Below are positions 50,256-63,904 of a stretch of 64,000 nucleotides of DNA, in pieces. Position 1 is the stretch's first letter, and the number at the start of each line of letters is the position of its first letter. Source of the DNA: Podarcis tiliguerta (Eukaryota); the NCBI GenBank assembly GCA_965153285.1, contig OZ229111.1, one strand, 5' to 3'. The notes below the pieces were generated by a model. It had not been told where the DNA came from and did no database searches. It saw only the letters and a program-made list of their open reading frames with translations. Both the position numbers and the translations under genes were made by a program.

Positions 50256-51588
50256 ATAAATAATAGGAGGATATTTTATGGGTGTGCTTCATACTCATAA
50301 AGGAACATTGTGAAGTGTTCCCAGCCATACACAGCTGGACAGTGCTCCACACTCCAGTATGGAAACCTCGGGTGTTGAATCTAGTGTTGCATATGCAGAG
50401 TTCCATGCATGCAACGGGACTTTCCCCTGCCTCTCCTCTCCCTGCTCGCCCTCAAAATCTGCTCCAGAGTGGAGATGAGTGGAAAGTTCCATTGCACAAA
50501 TGGACATCTGCTGAATAGTAGTGTTGGACAGGGCCCACTTGTAGAGAAGGGTGGATACATCAGCATAACAACTGGGAGATAAGAACCTTGGAATCTGGAG
50601 CTCTTGGCAGCTCTTGGCCACTGGGGAAGGCTGGGCTGATGTCCACTTTTTTCCTGGAGTAACAAGGGAGCTGGCAGTTCATCTGAAAATCAAGTGAAGA
50701 GAGAGCTTTTTCTTTCTTTTTTTTAAAGAAAGCATAAATTAATACAATATTTAGATTCAGATGAAATCTGACATCTTTGATATGTGTATTGTTGCCAGCA
50801 GGAGATAATGAGTGGGATGAAATTGATTTTCAACTTTTTGAATTGTTCAGTAACATATGACAGGTGAAAAAAAGTAATTCATTTGTTTGGGAAGGTTATA
50901 TCCTCCAAATTATGCCACTTTTAAATTTTTATTAAGACCAGTATTGGATTTGGGAGAGCAACAGTGTTCTAAATGACTGGCAGTCGTTAATATAATTACT
51001 CTTGCAGAAGGATGGAGTGGTGAAGCAATTCAAACCTGTTTTTGTATCAGGGTTGGCTCACATGCTTCTAACATTCCTGTTTGTAGAAAGGCATACTAAA
51101 TTAAAACACACACACACACACGAAAAAGCCCACATTTTACTCAAATATGCTTCACATTAAATGGCTAATGCAGCATGTTTATGGGTAAAGCTTCCTCCAA
51201 AGGAGCTAAGCTCTGAACTCACATGATTGGTGTTTATGTTAAGTAGGCATTCCATGCCATTGTAGTCTGTGTTTATGTTTCTATCTGAAATCACTGCATT
51301 CCACTGTTGTTGCCTCCTCCCAAAAAACTGCCTGTTATACCAATGGCTTTGCTTGGCTGCATGTGTTGAATACATCACAAAGAAAAAAAGTTTGCTACCA
51401 TACTTGCTCAGGACACATTTGCACTCTACTTCTCCATGTGTTGGGGAATAAGCCCTTATGCAACACAAAAATGAAGTGGACATTTTGCTCGAATGGTGTG
51501 CGAAGGAGAAAGCTCTTCCTAAGGTGACCCTTCCCCCTGCCTTTGGAAGCCTTATGCAAATCTGCTGCAGGCGATGGACTGTGGGTAG

Positions 51589-51746
51589 AAAGGTAAAGGC
51601 AAAGGACCCCTGGATGGTTAAGTCCAGTCAAACTTGACTGTGGGGTGCCGCACTCATCTGGGTCATGTGGCCAGCATGACTAAACCGCTTCTGGCGCAAT
51701 CGGACACCATGGCAAGTGCCAAAGTGCACGGAAACGCTGTTTACTT
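51589..51746 (-). mobile_element. Sauria SINE (Squam1) 3' fragment
   Basis: aaggtaaagg...ggacccctg...gtccagtc...gggtcatgtggccagcatgactaaaccgcttctggcg...gcacggaaacgctgtttac. Confidence 0.8.
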
Positions 51747-54496
51747 TGAGTAACCTCAAGGGAGGAGTGTTTCCAGCTACCCCAGCCCCTGTCTTTGGAA
51801 GCCTCAATGGTGCCTGAACTGCTGCTACCAAAGGCGCAGTGATCCTTTGGGGAAACTGAGGGAAACCTTGACATTTGGTCATACTGATTTGATGCTTGGC
51901 TAATTTGCAGTAGACATCCAAGCAGTGGCTAGAATATCTAGGACCGTGGCGAAATGGTTCATAATCCCTTGTTATTTTTTCCTACTGCAAAGATGTGTAA
52001 TGCTGCTACATTTATAGTATACAAGTGTTGTTTTTTTGTATGCTGTTGCATTTGCCATTATGTTGCTGTTAGGAAATGGTTCTTGCAAATGCTGATTTGT
52101 GGCGTATTGCTGTTGTCCTTGTTGCAAGACACTTTGAGCATAAGTGCATGCGTGGAAAAAGAAAACGAAAATTAAGTGGTGATGAAATGCAGCCTTGGTC
52201 CTGTTCCACCCAAGAACAGCCTGATGTCAAGCTGGTGGAGCCTTGTCCTACCCACTAATCAAAATACCAAGAAGCTAGGTGTGGATGATCAGATTTTTTT
52301 AGTCTCAGTGGAGGAGTGTCCTCAAAGTCAGGGCTTTTCTAGAAAATACCTATTTTGATGGAAAGAAAACTAAAGCAGCAATCAACGGTTCAGTTATGAG
52401 ACTTTCCCAGAAGGGAGAGAGATTGGGGGGCAGAGGGAAGAAGGGGTTGTTGGCAGGAACACCCAGAGCGGTGAGGCGGTGCCACACCATTGCCCTCCTG
52501 ACAGCAATGGTGCTGCTGTTTTCCAGCATGAGTAGGGAGGCAGGTCAGCTTGGTGGGAAAGTTGGGGTTGTGCAGGCCGGGTGCACCGGTGGAAGTGCTG
52601 GATTGGCTCTGTCACTCTGTGAGCATGTCCTTGACCTCACAGCTGTACAACTGTGCCATCTAAATGCAGCTTGAACAAAAGTGGAGGGAGAAGGAGGATA
52701 CTTGCAGTGTCACAGGGAGGACAATGGGGTTGGAGAGGAGAGGCGCCACTGTTACCTACCCTTCCACTCTGTTTTACAAATACCTGAAAGGAAAGAAGAC
52801 TCTGGGGGAAAGGGGACTGGAGAGTATAGAGGTGCCACTCAGGAGCACCAAGAGAAGGAAGGGCTGGTGTGTCCAAGCAGTTATAGGCTTGGGCATTGAC
52901 TACTTTATTAAAGAGGGGGTGGTTCTGGGTGGGTTCCCAAGCAAAGGGAAGTGATCTTTGGCTTGATTTACAAGGGAGGATGGGGGCTGGAGGTAACTGG
53001 CTTTTCTACAGTGAGCTTAGCACTTCCTGTGTGGTGCCCTTCCTTCTAGGGCTCCTGGAAGCCAACCAATGGAGTTTCAGTGAGGCTTTGGTTAGACTGC
53101 AACAGGATGGAGGTAGGATGTTTCAAATGTTCCCTAACTCCTGTCTGGAATCCTATAGTGCTGCCTGGCAAATTGATGAGTTACCAAACTGAAGTGCCTT
53201 CTTCCACCAGTTGCATTAGCAGTGCATGGAAAATATGGTGCATTGGTCTGGCTTCTTGGGTGCCTGATTTGATACCCTTGTTAATGTTCAATGTGCGGCT
53301 GGTGATTGGAAGCCACAGTAATGCAAAGTCTTCCAATAGGCAGGGGTACTTTGTCCTTTTCCTGTTGCTAAGCTACCACTGTTAAAAGCCAGAATACATC
53401 CTGCTAGCCACACAGCTGAAGAAAATTTTAACTGCTCAGTCTCTCCCAAAGGGAGAGTGTAATGCCTGCTTCCTCATCCCCATCACAGAGGGCTACATTA
53501 CTGCATCATTCATGAACCCTGAAGTACATTTCTGTCTCCCCACCCCCCACCCCTGCCAACAGTGCCAACATAAATAAGTCTGGTTTGTTGTTTGGGTTGG
53601 AAAAAATCGTACCGAAAGCTGTTATGGCCAGAAGGTCATGTGCCAGTTTTTCATTGCCCATAGCTTAGCAATGACAATGTAGCATTTTGTTTACTTCAAA
53701 GTTAAACATTAAACACTCCTTTTTAAAAAAGAAAAGAAAAAGAAAAGAGTACCATAGATATTTATGATGACAGGATCATTATTTGGATCAGTAACTTGGC
53801 TTGGTTTTGGAGTAGGCCAAATTTCTGTGCTCTCGGTAGTGGTTTTGGGTGTGGCCATCTCTTTCCCTTTATGTTGGGCCAATTTCAGACAGTTGACAGG
53901 TGTCTCTGCTGTTCTTCATCTTGTGTCATATGGCTATTCTCTTAGTTCAGGGGAGGGGAAGGTAAGCTCTCTGTGGTGTCCTAGCAACCAATGACATGCT
54001 AAACTATATATAGCTGACAAATGTGCCCTGTGATTACTTGGAAACCACAAAATGCTTGTTCCTCCCTTCTCCACCTTGAAATGGCCAAGATCTAAGTGCC
54101 ACAATGGTGGTTGTTAGTAGCTGGCGGGAGAAAACCCAGCCTACAGAAATGAACTGGTTTTTGGCTTGTTGAATTGGCGGGCTGGCCCTTGGAGGCTTCT
54201 GTCTGGAGACCTCTGGAGAATCACAGCACCTGCTGTGGCTGCAGAGATCGGTAACTTGTAACTGCTGCCTCCTGTGCTGTTTTTGCTGCATTAGCAGCAC
54301 CAAAGTGACCTCTCCAAAGTGCAAGCCAGCGCACTATGTATGGAGGTCCTGGGGTGCCCAGACGATGCATTGGGCACCAGCTTGGCTGTAGGAGTTGGCT
54401 AAAGGAGGCATAAAAGGCTGGACCTTGAGGTTATAAATATTACGTTTTGGCAATAGTTTTTCCAAAACTAGCAACAGTTTTTCCAAAGTTCAAGAA

Positions 54497-54518
54497 TTGT
54501 TGTTGTTGTTGTTGTTGT
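54497..54518 (+). repeat. (GTT)n microsatellite
   Basis: Read directly. Confidence 0.9.
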
Positions 54519-55175
54519 TTTACAGTTGAGTTTGAAAAGCTGCATCGAAAGTGGGTTCTTTTTTTGGGGGGGGGGGTAGTTTGTGTGTATCAGATTTTAC
54601 TTTGAATGTACTCTTGTAATACTCCAGTGTCTTTAAAAGTCACATTTGAAGTGGAATTTGGCTGCTGCATGTACTTAACATTAATAGCTACTCATAATGA
54701 AGAAAAGCTGCTCATCATAAAGGCTAATGGTCAAGAATGTGTATCATCTGCATGTTGCGTTAGACAAAGTGAACTGAATAAACACATCAGTTGTACTCTG
54801 GCTGACTGAATCCACTAGTTCTTCTACATTAGCCCCAGGAATCATTTAAAATCCAGCAGCTGAGCTCATATTGTGCCTGTAGGGGTTTTCCCTTTAAACT
54901 GATTGGCTGTAAGCAGTCTCTTTTCTGGTCGGCTTTGCATGGTCCACACTCATCCAAATCAGACCCAAGCCTATTGGGCCTCCTGCCAGGGAACTTGGAG
55001 GAAATGTAGCCAGGCCTGGCTTGGAAGCTGCTTTTGGCTGCACTGCCCCCACAAAGGTTTTTGTTCCTTACCTATCCCTGTACAAATGCTTCTAACACCA
55101 ACTTTTGCTGGTGGGAGGAACACAAAGGGTGTGACTATAGCTGGGCACAATCCACCATTAGCGTGGAACAGTCTA

Positions 55176-55398
55176 CAGTGGTACCTCGGGTTACATATGC
55201 TTCAGGTTACAGACTCCGCTAACCCAGAAATATTACCTCAGGTTAAGAACTTTGCTTCAGGATGAGAACAGAAATCGTGCAACGGCGCAGCAGCAGCGGA
55301 AGGCCCCATTATCTAAAGTGGTGCTTCAGGTTAAGAACAGTTTCATGTTAAGAACGGACCTTTGGAACGAATTAAGTACTTAACCCGAGGTCCCACTG
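55176..55398. mobile_element. Tc1/mariner MITE, same family as 46592, opposite orientation
   Basis: TA|cagtggtacctcgggtta ... taacccgaggtcccactg|TA. Confidence 0.9.
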
Positions 55399-57384
55399 TA
55401 ATCTGGTTTGAGCTTCAGTTTGTTGGCTCTCATCCGTCTATTACTGAGGCAAGACAATGGTCCAGCACCTCCACTGCCACACCTGCAGAGGTAAAGGAGA
55501 AATAGAGCTGTGTGTCATCAGCATATTGCTGAAAACATACTCCAAACCCCTCTGGATGACCCCACTCAGCGGTTTCATGTAGATGTCAAACAGTATAGGT
55601 AATGTGAACGTCAGTTTGCCTAATAGGTAATTATTTCAGTATAAACCTACTGAGGTGAGGAAAGAGCTTCTAGTTATTTACAGAACTTCTTTCACTTGGA
55701 ACTATTCTATTGAAGTCAATTATGAGGATTGGCTGTTGTATTGGGAATGTTCTATTAATAAATAAGCTCTTGATTGTTTTAGTTAAAAATGATCAAGATT
55801 AAACCTTAGTTGGAGTTTATGGAATTCAGAACTATAGGGAGGGAGGTTGCTAGCAGGTACAATGGAAGAACACAACCAATAGTATATGTTGTAGGGAGTA
55901 ACAACTGTTGCCATATTTGCTGAGAGAGAAGCAGGGCCACAGGTCATGCAGGTTATGAATGTATGAGACTCATTTCATAATTGTTTTTTGGAATGCTAAA
56001 ACAAATGTTAATGTTTCCTGGCTATTCAAAGCTGCTTTTACTGGAAATAGCTGGCATTCTAAATATACAGAAATAGCAAATCTAGCACATAAAGTGTTGA
56101 TAAATTGTTAAACTCATTATTTACAGTTCCATTTAAAAGGGAAAATTTTCTAACCCATGTAATTATTGAGTAATTTGTGCTTCAGCAGTTTGTTGCATAC
56201 ATTTTATCGCAATAATGTGATAAAGTGTACTAAGCTTGAAGAACTGGGCTTGAAGAACTGAGAATGGAAAGAGGTATTTTGATATCTGTCATTGAATCCA
56301 GTGATGCTTTTTCACTCAGTCTTTGATATAGCAGATGATTCTGCTAAGAGAAAAGGAAGGGAGTCAGCTGTTTCCCTCCCCCAATCTGTTCCTTGGGGTA
56401 GGGAGGAATCTCCAGAACTGCTCTAGAAGGTGCTGAGAGAAGCTGCAGGGAGAAAGGGGGAAATTGGTGAGAAATCACATTCCCTCTTCTCTTATTAGTG
56501 GAGAGCAACACTAGGTCAAAGAATATTCCATGAATTGAAGGGCACCACTGGATACAGCCCCAAGTGTCTTTCTTAGTAAGAAAATTTCCTTTGAACCATC
56601 TGTTCGGAAGCTGTTGCCACTATCCTCTCATGTTGTCCCCTGCAACTGTGATGTAAAATGAGGATGCAAAACTCAGGTAAATGGAAATTATATGCTCTGA
56701 AGCCCATTGTTAATGGTGTAACATCCTTTAACTGCAGAATATCCCTTCTTAACATATTCCCTTCTTGCTTCATAACTGCTTCTTCACCTTCTTTTAAAGA
56801 TGACAGCTTACTGAAGGCCACCTGTGCATATTTTCCTTAGCAAATACCGGTAAAACCTATTACCATGTGTTTGAAGGATACAGCATTTGAGCAGTAATAT
56901 CTCTTCTTTCATATACTGAATTAAATACATGATAATACTTTGAAAATGATCTTCTGCTCAGCACACATTTTGTTGAACAACTTGACTAACTTGCACTTCC
57001 TCACTGCTTTCTAAAATTCTGCACGTATCTCTAACATTGCTCCTTCTACTTACTATTACTGTACTATGGGTTGTTTGTAACTTTCATTGTGCTTTTGAAA
57101 CTCCTTCTCTATCCAAAGTGCACCATATATTTATGTTAACATTTTGGTATCATTTTTGGCATCTATAGCTAGCAGTGTTTTTACAGCTGCTTTAGTGATA
57201 ATTGTGTTTTGGTTTAACTTTCTTCTCATTAACAACAATCTGTTTCCCCACAACTGTAATAGTGAAGGGAAACATCAACAATGTAGGCATATATCGGTAT
57301 GTACTCTTTTGTTGTAACTTGTTCCTGCATCACTGCTAATGGAGACACTCAACTTTTTGGCAAGTCAAGGTGTTAATAGTGGTG

Positions 57385-57600
57385 TACAGAGCCCTAAGTG
57401 GCTCAGGGCCTGAGTACCTTCCTCAATACTTCCTGATCCTTGCTCTGAGATCAGTGAGGAAGGCCCTGCTCATGGTCCCATCAGTGGGCATTGTCCAATG
57501 TACTGTGACTGTAAAGAGAGACTTCTCAGTAGTAGCTGTGTGGTAATGGTGCTCTCTCCCTGAAGATGAGGGTACTTCCTTTACAACAGACATTCAGTAT
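57385..57600 (+). mobile_element. Old L2 fragment
   Basis: gccctaagtggctcagggcc...ctgagatc...gagacttctcagtagtagc. Confidence 0.5.
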
Positions 57601-57964
57601 CTTCTAACATCTGTCTTGTTGCTAGTTTTTCAAAACTCAGTACTGTGATTGTAATAGCATATTTTACATGTTGATAAAAATGCCTTTAATTTTTTTTCAT
57701 TTTCTTGGCCATTACTAAAAAGTCCACTTTTTCAAAGCTGCAATTATAGTAAAACTGGCTATTTCCAGAAACTGTCAGTCCTGTAACACTGAAATTAGGA
57801 TTTAGCACCCTGGCTTCAATGTATAACATAAGGTGGGTCCCACTAATTCACACAAAAGATTACTCTAATCTGTGTTTTCATCTCCCCTTAAATAGCCCAG
57901 TAAAAGTTCAGTTAAGTTCCAAGTTGCTGAAAATGTACATTTTGTGTTCTTGAGAGAACTGTAA

Positions 57965-57980
57965 CCAGCAGAGGGCAGTA
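57965..57980 (+). promoter_or_regulatory. Candidate CTCF motif in SLIT3 intron 1
   Basis: CCAGCAGAGGGCAGTA matches the CTCF core consensus. Confidence 0.55.
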
Positions 57981-58512
57981 TGAGGCATTCTCTAGTCCAG
58001 TGGTTGTCTCAATATGTATGTCTCAAATGTAAGATTAAGGAGGTCCAGATGGATTGTTGTCAGGTGACATACAGGTCTTCATATTGAGCCCGTTTCTTAT
58101 GTTAAGATAAAGTCAAGAGGGAAGTGCCAGGTTGACCAGATACTGCCTCTTGAATTGCATTAGTTCAGCTGAAACATGTGACTCTAATCTACTTCTGAAG
58201 CTAAGTGGATCTGGCCTGGGCAGAATACCATCTGGGAGCCATATGTGGCTGTTCTTAGCTCTACGAAGGCAAAACTGGTACAAATGTAATAAATAAATAA
58301 GGGCATAATTAAAGCAGCTGTGCCCCCATTTGTGGGAATCCCCCCCCACCCGCAAAAGCTCTCAGAGGGTCTTCTTCCTCTTTTAGAACCACAGATTTGA
58401 GGCAGGAAACCAAGTACATATGGTGATACCAAGCAACAGAGAAGTGTTATTAGAACTGCGGGGGATGGGGGTGGGATATACTTTTTATTGATCTGAAAAA
58501 ATGACCAAGATC

Positions 58513-58821
58513 CCATCTGTACTATACATTGAAAGCAGTATCATACCACTTTAAACAGTAATGGCCTCCCCAAAATAATGATGGGAACTGTGGTTTAAGA
58601 GCCCTGAGAGTTGTTAGGAGATCCTTTTTCTCCTCACCGAGCTAAAATTCACGGAGTAGTTTAGCAATCCATCCCTCCTCCCAGGGAACTCTTGGAATCG
58701 TAGCTCTATGAGGAGAATAGGATTCTCCTAACAACTCTTGGTATCCTTCCCAGGATTTTGGGGAGTAAGCCATGACTGTTTTAAGTGGGATGTTACTGCT
58801 TTAAATGTATAGTGCAGATGG
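58513..58821. mobile_element. ~310-bp fold-back (fully palindromic) non-autonomous DNA element
   Basis: ccatctgtactatacattgaaagcagtatcataccactttaaacagt / actgttttaagtgggatgttactgctttaaatgtatagtgcagatgg, plus an inner pair gagagttgttaggaga / tctcctaacaactct. Confidence 0.8.
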
Positions 58822-61800
58822 CAGCTGAATATATTTGAAGGCTTAAGGTTCTGGGAAGATCTGGTAGGGGAGGAGGGTGTGATTAGGAGTGAGAGAAGAA
58901 GTAAAAGTTAACTGCAGACAGGGCAGTAACTAGCTTTTAACTGCAGCAGCAGGCCACAAATAGCAAGTTGTGGCACAGTTAATTGGCAAGTTTGTGGGAC
59001 CCAGGAAAAGTTCAAACTCTTGGTTGGCCAAGATAATAATTTGTTCAGTGCCAAATTTTTGTATCAAATGTAAGTGTGGGATGATTCTTTCCTTCCTGAG
59101 GCTTTTCCTACCTGTGTCCTCTTTTCCCTGTTCTGCACTGGAAAGTGAGTGGTGTGAAGAAAGAGACTTATAGTCCATTCAATTGTGATGAATGAGGAAC
59201 AATTTACCTCACACCTTGGACTGTTTACCTAACCTATTGAGGTAAAGTGGAGGATTATGATCTCACCAAAGAATTTTCTAGATTAGGCTGCAACTCCAGG
59301 AATTCTACTATACCAGATAAGACACCTGTATGGCCTGTTGCAATGGCCATCGTCATACTCAATTTATATATCACATTTTAGGTCTGTGCTCAGAGCAGTT
59401 CACATAAGAAACAAAAACCATCTAAATACTGTGGTACAGTAACAATACATAGTATAAAAAAGTATATCTGAAAACATTACACTAAAACCCCAACCATTAA
59501 CAGTTCATTTGGCATACATCAAAATGTCACCAATCAAGTTCACCAATATAGCAAGTAAAAATATATTATAACTTCACACCAAACCCAGTAAAATTAATAC
59601 ATAGTAATCCCTGCCCTTTTATGCTTCAACCCAAAGACAAGAAAATCCCCTCAGAGCTATCACAAAGGTTCCCGGGGCTAGAGAGCAGTACAAGGTACAC
59701 AGAAACAACAATTTCCTGATACGCAGGCAATTGTGAGGGAAATAGTAGGAAGCTTTTATGTATTTGTGGACAGCTGATGGTACAAGTCACATAGCTAAAG
59801 GGTGTGAGGTAAAACAAAGGTGTGGGAGGCGACAGAGTTAATGGTGGAGGTGGGTATTTCAGTTCAGCTAAGTGGCTGCACTTAGGCTTCAGATTTCAGA
59901 GGGTAGTGATATGTGGCAAGTTACAAAGTTGAAAATATGGAGAAGTGTTTAAGGAGGAGAACAGTTGACTACCAGGCTGGAAAAGGAAGAGGCTGCCAAA
60001 ATACTGTTTTGTTGCTTTCTCTTAAAGCTCCATGAAACATGAGTACTTTGTATACGCAAATTGCTACTGAATGTTTAATAATAGGCCTTTCACTGTGCTG
60101 GCCCGTAGGGTTGCCAAGTCTCTCTCTCCTCACAGGGCCAGCGGGCCAGGGAGATGAGCCAGTTAGTTCAAGGATGTTGCCTGTTTGAGCAGGAAGTGGA
60201 TGTTGGTGGTACATTGTGATTTTTTAAATTTTTCTTTAAGTTTACTGCAAACAAATCTCAATTGGAGGACTGATGGACTCATTTGCATGTGTTTCCAAAG
60301 CATATGTTTTATGTCTTTGTTAGCATTTGCTTCTTAGGTTCTTGCTTTTACAGGACAAAAAAATAAATAAAAATACTTAGATTGAAAGTGTATGCTGGAA
60401 AAAGGGGAAAGTTGAAACTCACTTGAGGGTTTAAGTATCCTTGTGGGTGTGGGCAGGAAAGACAGAGGGTGGGCCTTGTAGAAAATAGCTTTCTCTCTTG
60501 TTCCAGCTCCTTTACATGAAATTGGTCTTCTAGTGAGCAAGTTAGGCCCTATAACTTAACACCATCCTTATCATTGTCTATGCAGGCTGAACTGAGTTGG
60601 AGTCTACAGGTTTCCCACCTGTGTAATAATTTCACGGCACCTGAATACCTGACAATCCAGTTAATGATGGTTTTAAACAAATGAAAATTCACAGGAGAGA
60701 AGGGGCCTAGAATGCCATATCTGTTAAGGATAAAATTCCACTGGAACCATTGACTCCATGTTTGGAAAAAAATAAATATAGCATGTCATGCCAATCAGGC
60801 TCATGGACTTGATAAAATTATTCAAAAGTTGTACATTAAGGCTACAAGTCTGTGGGTGCTTAACTGGGATTAACCTTGAATAGCATACTGGAACTTCTCA
60901 ATAAACATGTTTAAGATTAAATTTTATCATTTTTTTATTATGTGCCCATTTTATGTTTTAGTATTTACAAGCAGCAAGGTAATATGTTTATCTACAGGAT
61001 GGTATATTAATTAAAAATTTCACATAGATTAAAAATCAATTACCATGAGCTTCACGAAGTACTGATTCTACAAGTGGAGATATGACAGACAATGTTTAAA
61101 CTGAAGCAGAAAATGTGAAGAAAACAAATTGTGCACCAAGGAAATTTAGATTCTGAATAATACAAATCAGTTTAAAATGTGTACATAAAATAATTTTGTA
61201 TGCATGTTGTCAAGTAGCATCTTTATTCATGATTAGTGTTTATGATGCAGATTTTATAATAATACAGGGACAGGAAAAATGCATTGTTATGTAATAGACA
61301 ACAGGACTGCAGTGTATAGTATTAGATAGGGAAAGCTAATATTTGAAACAATCACAGCCTGGGTTTTGCTTTTTAAGAGCGTACATGAAAATCTCAGTGT
61401 TAACACCAAGAGAGATTTTTTTAATGTACTGCCTATACATTAAAATAAATATAAAATGTCAAATTATGCAAAATTCCATGTGTGCCGGTATTTAGAAAAG
61501 TATTACTCTTCTCAATAGTATAGGCAACCATGCACTACCAATTTGCTCTGCCCTGGAAACCAGACATGCTTCTCTGCAGAATGGACCAGTACTAGTTCGG
61601 TGTGATAGTGACATTTAAATTTGGTTCAGTACTGGGAAAAGTATTATTATTATTATTTTGGCTTGCAACAGTGCCCTGACTTCCATATAGTTAATTAACT
61701 TCAGTTGAGTAGCCATCTGTGGTTGTTCTGGAAAAGACTGATAGAGCCAACACTGGAGTTGTGAAAAGGGAAATACAGTAATAGCTCTAGTAGTAGTATT

Positions 61801-62013
61801 GCCTGCAGCAAGCTGCTGACATTATTCAAGTACCAATTGGTCTTGTCTGGCACACCAGTCTTTACAAACTTGCTAAATGCCTTGTGGCATGACTAAATTA
61901 ATCTTGTCTTCCTAGGTGTGCTCTCTCCCTCTCAGACAGATAGTTATTTCTTAAATTGTTGAAATGCCTAGCAGGTGCTTTTGTCAAACATGAATTTACT
62001 TTTTCTTTTGCAG

Positions 62014-62085
62014 TGACTTAGACAGAAACAACATTACAAGGATTACAAAGGTGGACTTTGCTGGGCTTAAGAATCTTCGTGTTCT
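62014..62085 (+). CDS. SLIT3: SLIT3 exon 2, one LRR ([25 protein letters not shown])
   Basis: Acceptor tttttcttttgcAG| (AG 62012-62013), 72 nt, donor |GTGAGT. Phase 2-2 joins exon 1 in frame. [23 protein letters not shown] is the SLIT3-type sequence. Confidence 0.96.
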
Positions 62086-63492
62086 GTGAGTATGGGGGCG
62101 GGGGGAAGTCTCCCTAAAGCAATTCCTTTTGTTTTAGTATTCAGCAGCTATCTACCAGAAGCAATAAAATTTCCTCTGTGTTGTCAGTCTTCAAGCTGAT
62201 ACACAGCTGTGCTGCGTACACTGTATTGAATTTATATGCTAAAAGTACACTTTTCAAAGGTACAATGTCAGGCACATTGCACTTTCCACACTTGATTTTG
62301 ATAAGTCTATTGTATCGTTTTGCTTGCTTGTAAATTGACTTTACTAAATTAGTAAGCAGGAAGTTCTGTAGAGTTCTGTAGGATATTGACTTAGACTTAA
62401 GCAGTGCAGTCCTAAATAGTAAAAGCCGGCTCAGTTCAGCGAGTAGACACTCAGAAAAAGTGTGAATAGCATTACTGCCTAAGTGACATTTCATAAGTGA
62501 CACCAACAGAAAAACAACAGCAGACAATGGTCTGATTTATTGAAGTTATGCTGTGGTAGAAATATCTGTGTGCAAATGTGTTAGCAAACCATTAAATGCT
62601 CACTAATAAAATGTGTGATTTTAACAAGTCCCCCCCCCCCCCCACCGAATATGGTTAGTCAAATAAGTCATGTTGAACTCAGCTGAATTCTGGTATTTAG
62701 AATTGCAGCCTGAGGCCAAGTTTGTACATGGCTGTTAGTCACTCAAAGACCGCAGTAATAACTTGCATGCATGAAAGAGACATTACAGATCTAACACAGA
62801 CAGATATAAATCAGCTGATAGCTCTTATATAGAGTTTTTCAATTGGTATGGTTTTCTGTTAAGTTGATAACAATACTTCAAGCTTGATTAACACTTGATG
62901 CACAGTAGCTAAGTAGAGCTGATGATTACCGCATAATCCTATATATGTTTACTCATAAGCAAGTTCTACTGTGTTCATTGTCGTCTATTTCTGGGTAATG
63001 CATAGGATTGCAACCTTTTTAACCTATTACTGTCTTCTACCAAACATATAAGTTGACGCAATGAATTCTGTCACCGCCCTTCCCCTATGCCACATCTAAT
63101 TTCTATGCCCTTATTAGTCAGTGTCATTGTCATATGATAGATAAGAAAAGAAACTAATGGATAAACTCATTTTTAAGCAGGAATTGTTTTCATTTGGGGA
63201 GGAATGAGTTGGTATCTTCTCTGTTTCCCTAGTTAATATGACTGGTTTTTAGATTGTTTAATAGTTCTATTTTAATGTGAATGTTTGCAACATTGTATTT
63301 TAGTGGTTTGCTATTCGCTGCCTTGAGATCCCTTTGGGATGAAGGCTAGCTGACTATAATAAACATTTGTTTTGGAGAGAGTGGGAAGCTAACCTTTGTG
63401 ATGTATTTATTTTTTACATAGGCAATTTGAGTAATTTGAAGATTGCTTATATTTTTAACATCAACAAATATCTTTTTTTTTTTCTAAAATAG
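62086..63492 (+). other. SLIT3: SLIT3 intron 2 (1,407 bp, GT-AG)
   Basis: Bounded by the exon 2 donor and exon 3 acceptor. Confidence 0.92.
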
Positions 63493-63564
63493 GCATTTGG
63501 AAGAGAATCTAATTAGTGTAATAGAACGTGGAGCATTTCAGGATCTAAAGCAACTTGAACGGCT
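63493..63564 (+). CDS. SLIT3: SLIT3 exon 3, one LRR (L-HLEENLISVIERGAFQDLKQLER-L)
   Basis: Long T tract then aaatAG| (63491-63492), 72 nt, donor |GTAAGT. Phase 2-2, in frame. IERGAFQDLKQLERL matches SLIT3. Confidence 0.96.
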
Positions 63565-63663
63565 GTAAGTATTCTCTCTTGCTAAACCATCTAAATTGTA
63601 CAGTTGAGAGATGGTAAAGCTATCTTGATGTGATGGAGGGTGGGGTAGGGGTGACATATCACA

Positions 63664-63904
63664 TAGTGATACCTTGGTTTACGAACTTAATCCGTTCCTG
63701 AAGTCCGTTCTTAAACCGAAACCGTTCTTAAACTGAGGTGCGCTTTCCCTAATGTGGCCTCCCACTGCTGGTGCTCTTCCACCGTTTGGATTCCATTCTT
63801 AGACCGAGGTAAAGTTCTCAAACCGGGACACTATTTTCGGTTTTGTGGAGTTCGTAAACCGAATTGTTCTTAAACAGGACTGTTCTTAAACCGAGGTACC
63901 ACTA
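63664..63904. mobile_element. Tc1/mariner MITE related to 46592 and 55176, in SLIT3 intron 3
   Basis: tagtgataccttggttta ... taaaccgaggtaccacta|TA, with internal similarity to the other copies. Confidence 0.85.

Larger units (their letters stand above)
33359..62013 (+). other. SLIT3: SLIT3 intron 1 (28,655 bp, GT-AG)
   Basis: Bounded by the exon 1 donor and exon 2 acceptor. No other SLIT-like exon seen in between. Confidence 0.9.
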
